Assembly: GCA_016866975.1 (NCBI GenBank)
Contig: VGKP01000008.1
Coordinates: 1-36,803 of the forward strand
Length of the DNA stretch: 36,803 bases
Reading direction: 5' to 3'
DNA from: Candidatus Pacearchaeota archaeon
GTDB lineage: Archaea; Nanobdellota; Nanobdellia; Pacearchaeales; GW2011-AR1
The position numbers were made by a program, and so were the translations under genes. Within the stretch, counting starts at the first letter, position 1; each line of letters opens with the position of its first letter. The notes beneath the pieces were generated by a model that searched no databases, was not told where the DNA came from, and was given only the letters and a program-made list of their open reading frames with translations. Of this stretch, positions 1-9,300 are shown piece by piece.

Positions 1-126
1 CCCGAGCATCTCCAAAAACGAGCGCCTGCAACAAACCTCGGCTCATCAGGAATCTTAGATTCCTGACTGCCATCGAGGATTCACATCCTCGAGGTTTAAG
101 CCGAGGTGGCGCATCGTTTTTGTGAT
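1..126 (+). repeat. Palindromic AT-flanked element, copy A (5'-truncated by window edge; carries nested 51-nt module at 44-94)
   Basis: 1-43 is identical to 16348-16390. Ends GGTGGCGCATCGTTTTTGTG-AT like copy D. Confidence 0.9.
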
Positions 127-135
127 TTATCTTTT

Positions 136-531
136 TTATGGCGAGTTTTCTTTGTTTCTAGTAGTGAAATAGGACATGAGAAGAAGTGTGCCTACTATTA
201 TTGCTCCAACTGTTAATGTAATCAGTATCGGCGTGTCATGGCTATTTCCAATAGTTATGTATTGCAAATTTAAAGGTAAATATATTGCTGCTGTAATTAG
301 AGCGATGATTAAAGAAAATCTTGAATATTTAGATTGATATTTTTCTTGAAACGCCAATATTGCAAACAGCACACCTATGAAGGCTAAAATTATTTCTACA
401 ATTATCACGAATATCGCGTACATTTGCGATTGATAATATTGAGGTAAAGAAATGATTATTGGAATATTTTTTATGAAAAAAATGATAAGAATGGCTCCGA
501 TAAGAAGATGGAACCAAGACTCTTTTTTCAT
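136..531 (-). CDS. Hypothetical membrane protein (about 4 TM helices), 131 aa
   Basis: ATG-started ORF with four hydrophobic stretches and no recognised motif. Confidence 0.7.
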   Translation of the reverse strand: MKKESWFHLLIGAILIIFFIKNIPIIISLPQYYQSQMYAIFVIIVEIILAFIGVLFAILAFQEKYQSKYSRFSLIIALITAAIYLPLNLQYITIGNSHDTPILITLTVGAIIVGTLLLMSYFTTRNKENSP

Positions 532-587
532 TAGGTTATGAAAAGTTTATTCTTTTTAAAGCTATCTTAAGCTGTCAACACTATGAG

Positions 588-2747
588 CTAAAAGCTAGAG
601 AGAGCAAAAGATGCCAGGAATGAAAGTGCTAGAGTAGCCAATAACGCAGTCACTAAATACAATGAGATGCCGTAGAGAAGGTTCTTAGAAAGATCGTATT
701 TCTCCTTGAGAGGGTCTTTGCCTGCATCTACTGTGACTAATGCAACAGTCAAAATAAACATTATCTCTATTATATAAAGTCCAATCGAAATCTGAAGGAA
801 ATATGGAGGTATCATCTGCTCTACCTGGAAGAGCTTGACTAAGTTAACTGCTAATGAGCCGTATCCTTCAAGAGCGTTTGCGCCTTGTGTGGCCTGAATA
901 ATCTGTAGTTTGTTAAGGATAAATGTAATCATAGTGGAAAGGCCAACCACTATACCTGAGAGCAAAGGTGCGAGGAAAGTCATATTTGATTTCATATCCG
1001 AGACTATTTCTGCAAGAAGGTCTTTGAGCCTCTGATTTATTTTTTGGATATTTTTTACATATTCAGATATAGACATGAGAGACTGGGCAGCAATCTGAAG
1101 TCCTTTCTTTACAGATTCGACCAATATCTTCATTGAAGTAGCAATCAGTGTCGATGGATAATACGTCAAGGCGCCTCTTTTCTTATCGAATATTGCTGAC
1201 TCGAGAGACATCCCCATTTGCTGAATATTCTGGTTTACAGTTGAGAAAAATCTATGAGTCATCTGTCCTTGAGTAGACTCTGCCACCCTGGAGAAAGCTA
1301 TTTCTGCAGGCAAACCATCACCAAGACGATTTCCTAGCTGGAAAAGAGAAGTGGTAAATTCATCCTCAAGGATCTTTGTGTCCTCTCTTGCTTTTATCAA
1401 TCCTTTAGTTTTAGCATTGTATGCTATGGCAAAGAAAAGTGCGATTGAAAGAGGGATAAAGAAGCTGAAAAGGGTACCTGCAAGCCCGAATGGGCCAGAG
1501 AACGAGCTGCCATTTGTTTTAAAATCAAAAAATTTAGTCGTTTCGTCATCATTTATGCCAAGCTCCTTGTATGTATAATCGCTTTGCAGACCTAAAGGTG
1601 CAGTAATAAAAGAAGCTTGGAGAATAAAAGGAATTATGCCAATTAAAAAAAGAGGAAAAGCTATCACAAAAGCTTTTTTCCAAGGCTCTCTTGAAGCAAA
1701 TTGCTTGTATTGAGGATTTAATTCTAACATCGCAGACTCTCCATATCCTCCAGGCCTCTTCAGAAGGACTTCTGATGTCAGATAGAAAACACCAAAGGGA
1801 ATAATGACATTGAAGATGACAAGGACATGATACCATTGGATTATGCCTCCTAGAAGAGTTGAAGCCAGAGGCAACAAGGCAAGAGCTAGAGTTGGCAAGA
1901 TTATTCCTAGCATGTAAATGTTAGTAAGGGGAGAACGTATTTCCCTTGAATACTTGAGCATCTTTTCGTAAACTCCGTCCAGTATGACTGTAAGGGATTT
2001 CTCAAGAATCTGTATCCTTCTCGTTTCTGAAGTCTCGAAAAGAGAGGACTCTATGAGATGAAAAGATTCAATGAACTCTGGTGCATCTACTCTCCAAAAT
2101 TCCAAATAAGCGTCAAGAGACTGTTTTATAGTAGGATATTTGGCTACCTCCACGTTGTAAAAAATCTTCTTGAAATCCAGAGCCAGAGGGCCTTCTAGAT
2201 GGTCTGCAGCAAAAGCTATGGCTCTTTCCAGATTAGATGTATGCTTCATATATACGACGGTGTAAAGAACAGCCGGGACCATTTGAGAAGATGCCTGCAG
2301 TCTCCATGAATTGGCAAGACGCTGAGGCATTGAGTAAGTGTAATAGAAAATAAACATACTTGCAATGAGTCCAAGGAGGACAAATGTGACAAGACCTCCA
2401 GAGAGAGTACTAGGAGAAGTGATGAGATATATCGCTACTGCGATGAAGATTGTTGAGAAAAATACTACTAACATCGATAATAGGGCTAATGTAATAACCT
2501 GACTAGGTGTTACATCTATATGTCCTCTATCCAAAGTTGACTGTATTCTCACCCTGTCCTTTTCAGCAATCTTGAGATGGATAAAATTACCCAGAGATCT
2601 TGCCCATCTTTCATAATTATTTATATCGGGAATCATCTCCTGCTTAAATTTTGAATAGTCTTTTGAGTAACTATCTTTCTTTTGCGAGTCAATCTGCTGC
2701 TCTATTTTCCTGCTATATTTCCTAAGGATGTCCTCTGTTGATACCAT
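588..2747 (-). CDS. Type II secretion system F / TadC-FlaJ-like pilus platform membrane protein
   Basis: About 719 aa polytopic protein with two repeated blocks of soluble helical domain plus TM segments (SNLERAIAFAADHLEGPLALDF; GDGLPAEIAFSRVAES). It neighbours the pilin array. ATG at 2747 preferred over the TTG at 2777. Confidence 0.7.
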   Translation of the reverse strand: MVSTEDILRKYSRKIEQQIDSQKKDSYSKDYSKFKQEMIPDINNYERWARSLGNFIHLKIAEKDRVRIQSTLDRGHIDVTPSQVITLALLSMLVVFFSTIFIAVAIYLITSPSTLSGGLVTFVLLGLIASMFIFYYTYSMPQRLANSWRLQASSQMVPAVLYTVVYMKHTSNLERAIAFAADHLEGPLALDFKKIFYNVEVAKYPTIKQSLDAYLEFWRVDAPEFIESFHLIESSLFETSETRRIQILEKSLTVILDGVYEKMLKYSREIRSPLTNIYMLGIILPTLALALLPLASTLLGGIIQWYHVLVIFNVIIPFGVFYLTSEVLLKRPGGYGESAMLELNPQYKQFASREPWKKAFVIAFPLFLIGIIPFILQASFITAPLGLQSDYTYKELGINDDETTKFFDFKTNGSSFSGPFGLAGTLFSFFIPLSIALFFAIAYNAKTKGLIKAREDTKILEDEFTTSLFQLGNRLGDGLPAEIAFSRVAESTQGQMTHRFFSTVNQNIQQMGMSLESAIFDKKRGALTYYPSTLIATSMKILVESVKKGLQIAAQSLMSISEYVKNIQKINQRLKDLLAEIVSDMKSNMTFLAPLLSGIVVGLSTMITFILNKLQIIQATQGANALEGYGSLAVNLVKLFQVEQMIPPYFLQISIGLYIIEIMFILTVALVTVDAGKDPLKEKYDLSKNLLYGISLYLVTALLATLALSFLASFALSSF

Positions 2748-2994
2748 CTTTTTATACTGAGAAAACTGAATTTGCACAGACTATTTCTTTAATAGAGATA
2801 CGCAAATTCTGTTTTCGAGGTGTTCAAGAAACCTTGTTTTCTTGACAACGTGGAGAGGTAAAGCTATATTATAAATCTATAGAATACTTTGAAAAACTCT
2901 TTATAAGAAGATATTTGACTATCCTTTTGTTTATCCGATAATAGTATAAGACCTAAATATCTCAATTTTTAAGGCCTTATACTTAAGGAGAGTT

Positions 2995-5133
2995 TCATTT
3001 ACGATGTTTTTTCGACTTTATTCTATTCTTTACAAAGAAGTATAAAATAATTATTACTGTGGCAATTATTATCCAGACAAGAGAGTCGTTTATTCCAGAA
3101 GTTACTTCAGAGATAGCAGATCCTGTAATAAGAGATTTCTGTACTTCTTTTGGCTCACTTATGCCTTTGAGAGTAATGTTGATTGCAGAGTCTGAGACTG
3201 AGTTTACTTTAAGAGATAGGTCGTACAGAGTATCGTTTGTAAGATCTAATCTAGAAGACTCATTTGTCTTAAGGAATACATGCTGAGGTTCAGACTTAAC
3301 CTCAAAATAACCTTCTTTCAGGTCTTTGTTAATTTTTAGGAGTGTTACTGAATGAATCTCGTTATTAATCACAAATGATATCTTTTCTCCTTCCTTAAGA
3401 TTTTGAGTGTAGCCTGACTCCAGCTGAGTTGAGTTGATGGCCCAGACTTTAGGCAATATTGTCACTCCTCCGCCGCCTCCCCCGCCTCCCCCTGCTCCTG
3501 AACTGCTTCCACCTCCACCGCCTCCACCGCCACCGCCACCTCCACCGCCACCGCTTGATGGAGGAGGTTGAACTGGGGGTTGAGTAGGTTCTGGAGAGAG
3601 AGGTGAAACTCCTGCTCGACTCTCATCATAGAGCTGTTCTACATCTGAAGAAGAAAGTACTCGAGAATATCCGTAGATGGAAACCTTGTCAATCTTGCCT
3701 CTGTAATTAAGCCAACCAGTAGAAGTTGCAAAAGGATCCCATCCTAAAGCCCAACCGGTGCCCAAGGTATAGAAATACTCAGAAGAGTATGGCTCTTGGG
3801 TGAATTCCCTAGAGTTCACTTTCTTTCCGTCGAGATATACGTTCTCAGTCCTATTTGAATATGTCACTGCTATGTTATGCCAGAGAGAATCATTGACAGG
3901 CTTATCTGAGACGTATCTTCTGCTATCTGGATTGTCACCTGCACCAAAATTGTCCCAAAATAACGAAGCTCTCAGCCTGCCATCATGACCTATATAGATT
4001 GCCGGGAGAGCTCCTTTGATCGGCTCTTCTGGAGGAAGACTCGAAGATTGGCCTAAAATAACTCCACTTGAAGAATTAGTATTAAACCAAAGAGAAATAG
4101 AGACATTGTAGGCGTTTGCATCGTATTTTTTCCCTATCTCCGGATAGTTGAATGGGAAACTTGCAGTTGACATCTCTGCGTAAGAACTGCCATCAAAAAG
4201 ATAAGAAGGATTGTCTTCCTCTATAGATATACTTATGTTGCCTTTTGCCTTTAGATGCTTTCCATTTATCGAAGAGTCTAGACCATGGAAAAACTCTGGA
4301 TCCTCATCTGCGCTAAACCATCCAAGCATCCAGGTTTTCTGAATTTTTGTCTTTATCTCGGGAAATGAAGATATGCAGGCCCCCTGGGAACATCCTATAT
4401 CGCAAGCAACCAATTTTCCTAAAGGCATGTCCTGGTCACAGAAAAACTCTATCAATGAAGCAGTATTAATACAATTATCCACATAAGTATATCCAAAAGA
4501 AGTCGTGTTTGATTTTGTGAAAGGCTTGTTTCCATCGTCCAGGTCTGTGCATTGAGGAGCAGGTTTGGGATTGCAAACACCTTCAGAACATCCATATTCA
4601 CATTGAAATTCTTCCGATGTTACCCAATCTCCATCGCAGTAGAATTCAGCAGCCACATTGGGGCCTCTACATCCATCAGCGTAATCAATACCATTTTCTT
4701 TTTCTCCGAAATATCTGGCAATCCCTTTTTCACTATGATTTCTGTTGTCAGAGTCATAACAGAGAGGCATAGGAACTGGAAGGCAGGCTCCTAGAAAACA
4801 AGCGCTTTCGCAAAACCTGAGCTCAGTGTACGGTAGAGAATTATTGCAAAACATCTCTGCAACTGTTGTTGAATTAAAGCATCCATCTGTGAATGAGCCA
4901 AGATTGTAGTTAACTTTTCCTCTGAGAGCAGGATTCGCGCTGTCGGTATCAGTACAGAATAATTCTTCAATAAACGCATCAGTTCCTGAAATCTCTATTT
5001 TGGGAACATTGCTCTTATCTGCATTAGCTAGTAAATTTTGTACAAATTCTTCTTCTTCAGAAAGTGCGGAAGTGAAGGGAAGCAAGGCTAGAATTATGAA
5101 CACAAAAACTACTATCTTAAGCTCTCTAAACAT
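2995..5133 (-). CDS. Membrane-anchored surface protein: signal peptide, three 6-Cys CxDxD modules, LamG/ConA-like domain, Pro/poly-Gly linker, C-terminal TM with basic tail
   Basis: MFRELK plus a hydrophobic leader. LamG-type motifs SISLWF, WHNIAVTY, VYLDG, GKIDKVSIY. Ends with a TM helix and KNRIKSKKHRK. Confidence 0.75.
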   Translation of the reverse strand: MFRELKIVVFVFIILALLPFTSALSEEEEFVQNLLANADKSNVPKIEISGTDAFIEELFCTDTDSANPALRGKVNYNLGSFTDGCFNSTTVAEMFCNNSLPYTELRFCESACFLGACLPVPMPLCYDSDNRNHSEKGIARYFGEKENGIDYADGCRGPNVAAEFYCDGDWVTSEEFQCEYGCSEGVCNPKPAPQCTDLDDGNKPFTKSNTTSFGYTYVDNCINTASLIEFFCDQDMPLGKLVACDIGCSQGACISSFPEIKTKIQKTWMLGWFSADEDPEFFHGLDSSINGKHLKAKGNISISIEEDNPSYLFDGSSYAEMSTASFPFNYPEIGKKYDANAYNVSISLWFNTNSSSGVILGQSSSLPPEEPIKGALPAIYIGHDGRLRASLFWDNFGAGDNPDSRRYVSDKPVNDSLWHNIAVTYSNRTENVYLDGKKVNSREFTQEPYSSEYFYTLGTGWALGWDPFATSTGWLNYRGKIDKVSIYGYSRVLSSSDVEQLYDESRAGVSPLSPEPTQPPVQPPPSSGGGGGGGGGGGGGGGSSSGAGGGGGGGGGVTILPKVWAINSTQLESGYTQNLKEGEKISFVINNEIHSVTLLKINKDLKEGYFEVKSEPQHVFLKTNESSRLDLTNDTLYDLSLKVNSVSDSAINITLKGISEPKEVQKSLITGSAISEVTSGINDSLVWIIIATVIIILYFFVKNRIKSKKHRK
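3466..3552 (-). repeat. Poly-glycine low-complexity linker (mixed GGN codons)
   Basis: About 25 Gly in 29 codons, seen as CCN runs on the + strand. Confidence 0.9.
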
Positions 5134-5242
5134 CTCTATTTGAGTTTTTTTAAATATATAAACTTTCCCATTATAGTAACTATTAAGGGACAATAAACTA
5201 GAGCAGAGTTAGATTTAAGTATAAGAGCGTATTTTAGGAAAT

Positions 5243-5410
5243 ATGATAAGGAAAGAGGGAAAAAAAGGATTTATAGCCAGCGATACCCTTGTGCCTTGGA
5301 TAATTGTAGTGCTTGTAATAGTCCTTGGGTTGATAGCCTATGGGATAGTCTCAGGAAAACTACAGCGGTTCTTTGATGTGATAAGAGATTTCTTCAGAGG
5401 AGCAAGATGA
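5243..5410 (+). CDS. Small pilin-like protein, 55 aa (missing from ORF track)
   Basis: MIRKEGKKG|FIASDTLVPWIIVVLVIVLGLIAYG...: class III signal pattern with acidic +5. Its stop overlaps the next start (ATGA at 5407-5410). Confidence 0.75.
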   Translation: MIRKEGKKGFIASDTLVPWIIVVLVIVLGLIAYGIVSGKLQRFFDVIRDFFRGAR

Positions 5411-6228
5411 ACAAAAAGGCGGAAACACAGACAGGATATCTTGTGCCTCTGATAGTGGCATTGATAGTACTTGCATTAGTCGTAGTAGGAATATGGGCAA
5501 TATCAAGTGGAAGGATAAATTTCTGGAAAGACCTTCCTGTGCCAGGAGAGAAAAATGATACGATAAAAGTGGAGAGCACAACTTTCAGGTATATAATCTC
5601 AGATGATGCAGTTGAATATTATACCGGGACTGAATGGCAAGGTTTTAAAGGCAAGAGCTTGGATATAGGGAACAAAAGAGTAGATTATGATGATATTAGA
5701 AGGCAGTTTAAAAGTTATTTCCACGTTATAAGACCTGAAGAGAGAATTGAAATAACCCGATATCAGAAGAAAATATACGATGGTGGGGAATATGGAGAAG
5801 TGCCATGGTTAGATGCAGTTTTATTTCTTATAGAAGATGTTGTACCAAATGGAATAAGAGAAAAGGGGAATGTGTTTGGAGTATTGGCTAATAGTGCTAA
5901 TAAGGGAGACTCTAAAAAATATGGTCAGTTCATAGTAAATCAAAAAGGAGAGATATTTATTAACAAAGTCAAACCAGACCTAGAGTTAGAAGGCAATTTC
6001 AAAAAGCAGAGTTCATCTGAAGAGCCTTATAAGATGATAGTTGAGAGAGCGATAGAATGGAGAGACAGAGTATTGAAGAAACCTGTGGAACTTTCATGGA
6101 GGGTCGTTGAAAAAGGGAAGGAAGAGAAGAAAGAAAACGGTAAATTCTGCACGGAAAAAATAAGCTTCCAAGGAGAGATTTCACTCGTAGTGAGACTTGA
6201 AAAACCTGCAAATGGAGAGACATGTTGA
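5407..6228 (+). CDS. Pilin-like protein (class III-like signal peptide), 273 aa
   Basis: MNKKA|ETQTGYLVPLIVALIVLALVVVG followed by a soluble domain. Confidence 0.65.
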   Translation: MNKKAETQTGYLVPLIVALIVLALVVVGIWAISSGRINFWKDLPVPGEKNDTIKVESTTFRYIISDDAVEYYTGTEWQGFKGKSLDIGNKRVDYDDIRRQFKSYFHVIRPEERIEITRYQKKIYDGGEYGEVPWLDAVLFLIEDVVPNGIREKGNVFGVLANSANKGDSKKYGQFIVNQKGEIFINKVKPDLELEGNFKKQSSSEEPYKMIVERAIEWRDRVLKKPVELSWRVVEKGKEEKKENGKFCTEKISFQGEISLVVRLEKPANGETC

Positions 6229-6341
6229 TGAATAAAAAAGGTTTGACAAGGAAAGAGCTGATGCAGTTGGTATTGTGGATTTTGTTCATAGTCATAGCCG
6301 GAGGAATGGTGTACTTTGTCTTGCAGAGAGTCTCATCTTAG
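6228..6341 (+). CDS. Micro-pilin, 37 aa (missing from ORF track)
   Basis: MNKKG|LTRKELMQLVLWILFIVIAGGMVYFVLQRVSS*. Glu at +5. Start overlaps the upstream stop (TGATG). Confidence 0.7.
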   Translation: MNKKGLTRKELMQLVLWILFIVIAGGMVYFVLQRVSS

Positions 6342-6388
6342 CGGATTATTGAAGTTAGATATATAAACATCTGTTTTATTGTTAGTAT

Positions 6389-9300
6389 ATGAAAAGAGCA
6401 GGTGTCGCATTTGTTATGTCAAGGAACTTGACTAAAACTCCAGCTTTTAAGCTGGAGTTGTTCCTTGAGCATCCAAAAAAAGAGCGCCTGCATCAAACTG
6501 CGGCTTTTAAGCCGCAGTGGCGCATCGTTTTTTTGATTATTTCTGCTATCGCCGTATTCTTTCTGACTTTGATATCTGTACAAGGAATCTCTGAAGGGAC
6601 TGCTTTTCCTGATGGTAAATATTGCAAAGACAGTGACGGCGGAATATTCTCTTTCCAGAGAGGAGTAGTAGATTCAATAAATTTTTTAGGAATCCCAAAA
6701 AAGTATGAAGACAGATGTCTAGATATGAAAGGGAAAAGTTTTGTAAGAGAGTATTATTGCGATAATGAGAGAGGAAAATGGCAGGAGATGCCTTGCCATA
6801 GTGGATGTGACTTGAGGAAATGCATGCCTTCAAAAGTAAGCATAAAACTAGAAATGACTAAGGAACATTATGCTGCAGGAGAACTGATCGAATTGGCAGG
6901 GTACAAAAAGCTTGATTCCAAATCTGGTGCAGGCGCGGAAAAAATATCGCCTCTTACAGGAAGAGCCGTTGGTATTGGTAGTGAGGGGAGTGGTGGAGGA
7001 AGTGGAAGCGGCTCAGGATCTGAAAGATATTGTGCTTCAACACAATTGTTTGCCAAATTTTCTCTTGAAAATGCCAGACAAAAAAGGGAACTGGCTTCCC
7101 TGCAGAGGGACCTAAATTCATTGGCAAAGGAATCTTGCTCATCAAACAGTGAGTTTTTTGAAGAAGAAGTGGTGCCTTTGATAGAGATGAGAAAAGAGCT
7201 TCTTATAGAACTTATCCGCAGGTCTCCAGTTGCAGCACTTGAGACAAAACCTCTCCCTTCTCATTTTACAGAGAGGCTTAGTGATGAAGAGAGAATAAGT
7301 CTATTGGAAGACAGGAGTCCAAAAGAGGGTTATTTTGATATTGTCCATGAAGAAGATGGCAATGGGCTTGGCAAGAAGTTTCATTATTATTTACGTACTC
7401 AAGGAGATAATCAGAAGAAATATGAAGCTTTTCTTGCTCATGGTGAGCTACAAGAGCATCCCGGCTCTAAAGTCATTGTGCAGGGCCTTGCCTTAGATAA
7501 TGTTCTGGCATTGGATGATTCTCCTGCAAAGACGCAAGTCATTGATAAACCAATCACTCCAGCTCAGGAAAACCTTGGCAAGCAACGCGTCCTTGTCATA
7601 GTATCCAAAATAGAAGGCGTTCCTGCTCCTACGAGTGTTGAGGAAGCAAGGAAAGTTGTATTTGAAGAGGTGCAGGGATTTTATGATGATACATCATATG
7701 GAAAAACAGAACTTATTGGAAAAGTCATTGGACCATATGACTTAAAGTATTCAGAAGATAATAAGTGCAATGAAATAAAACTTCTTCTAAAAGAGGCGTT
7801 TAACCGTAAAGATATTGAATCGTTTGATTATGACCGACTTATCCTTGCTGTGCCTTGTACTCCTGGATGTAATTGTGCTGGAGGATCTGGAACTGTTGGG
7901 AAGATGATGAATTATGAACTTCCTAATGGAAAATATGCAAATTTTAGTGCTTCTTGGGACTTTGTTTTCTCTAAATTTGTTGTATCCCATGAACTGGGGC
8001 ATAATTTTGGAGCCCATCACGCAAACAAATATGAGTGCAGGAAGGATGCGGCAGATTATAGTGGGCTTGAAGTATATGGTCCTGCAAAATCATGTGAGAA
8101 TATGGAGTATGGAGATTCATACGATGTAATGGGTGGCGGTGGCTCATTCAATGCGCCCCATCGCTCCGAGGCAGGATGGCTTTCACCAGAGAATACTAAA
8201 ACTATTGAAGAAGGAACTTTCGTTCTGCGGCCACTTAATAAGAAAGTCTCTCCCGGGACACTCCAGCAGATCCGCATACCTGTCAATTTTGAGTCTGGAT
8301 TTTACTTTCCACCCGAAAATATCTTTTATACTGTCGAATTGAAGTTGCCTTCCAAGGAGGATAAACTCTCTGCGCCTACTGTTTTTCTCCATCTTGCAAA
8401 AGGCTCTGATGATGGAAGTTTTACGTTCTTACAGACCACTCTCTTTGAGCCAAGTGCAACTTCCGAAACTATAATTAATCCAGATGGGACACAAATCAAA
8501 GAGATACAGACCCATAATTCTTTGAAGATACTGAGTCCTTACATTGATCCTTGGAATGGAGTGCAAATAAGCCTTGTTAGTATAAGCGAAGAAGGGGCGG
8601 AGATAAAGGTTGAGAAGTTACAGAAATCTGGCATTAATTTTCAGAAACCTCTTGTTCATTATAATTTTGATGAGCAGACACAACCAAAGGTTCTGAATTT
8701 GGATGCTGATGGATATAGTACTGGACGCTTTAAAGACTCCTCTGAGAATGGTATTTATGCAAAAATTAAGGACAAGGTTCTTCGTATTGGAGGAGGGGTA
8801 TACGTTATGCAAGACTCAGCTTCCCAAAATTATGATAAAATACCTTCGCATATCTCTCTGAGTAATTATCCGCTTTCCTTTATCCAGACACAGAATAAGT
8901 TCACTGTTTCACTTTGGGTACATCCACAATCTTTTTCTTCATTATCTACATCTGTTTATTCAGGCAAGGGAATATCGATTCATATAATGGAAAACGGGGG
9001 AGTGTGGGCCAGTTCTCTTTTCAAGAATGTCCTTTATAGTTCGCCTTCTTACCATTCTGTTTTCTTAGCAGAAGTTGAGTATCGTGAACCTCTTAAGCTC
9101 ATGGAATGGCATCATATTGTCGTTCGTTATGATGGGTCTGAAATGTCTCTTTTTGTTGATGGAGTACTGCGTGATAAAAAATCTTCTCAAAAAATATACC
9201 CTATAGATTCTTCAAGCGAGTCTAAAGAGCATCCTCTTACAAAAGTTCATTTTGGAAGGTATGGGGACCATATCCTAGGTCCCTATTATTCTGAAGGGAT

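Noticed and set aside
2822-2849. Intergenic hairpin TCAAGAAA...TTTCTTGA resembling one arm of the 51-nt module
   Set aside because: Single hairpin without the linker and second arm. It could be a terminator or operator.
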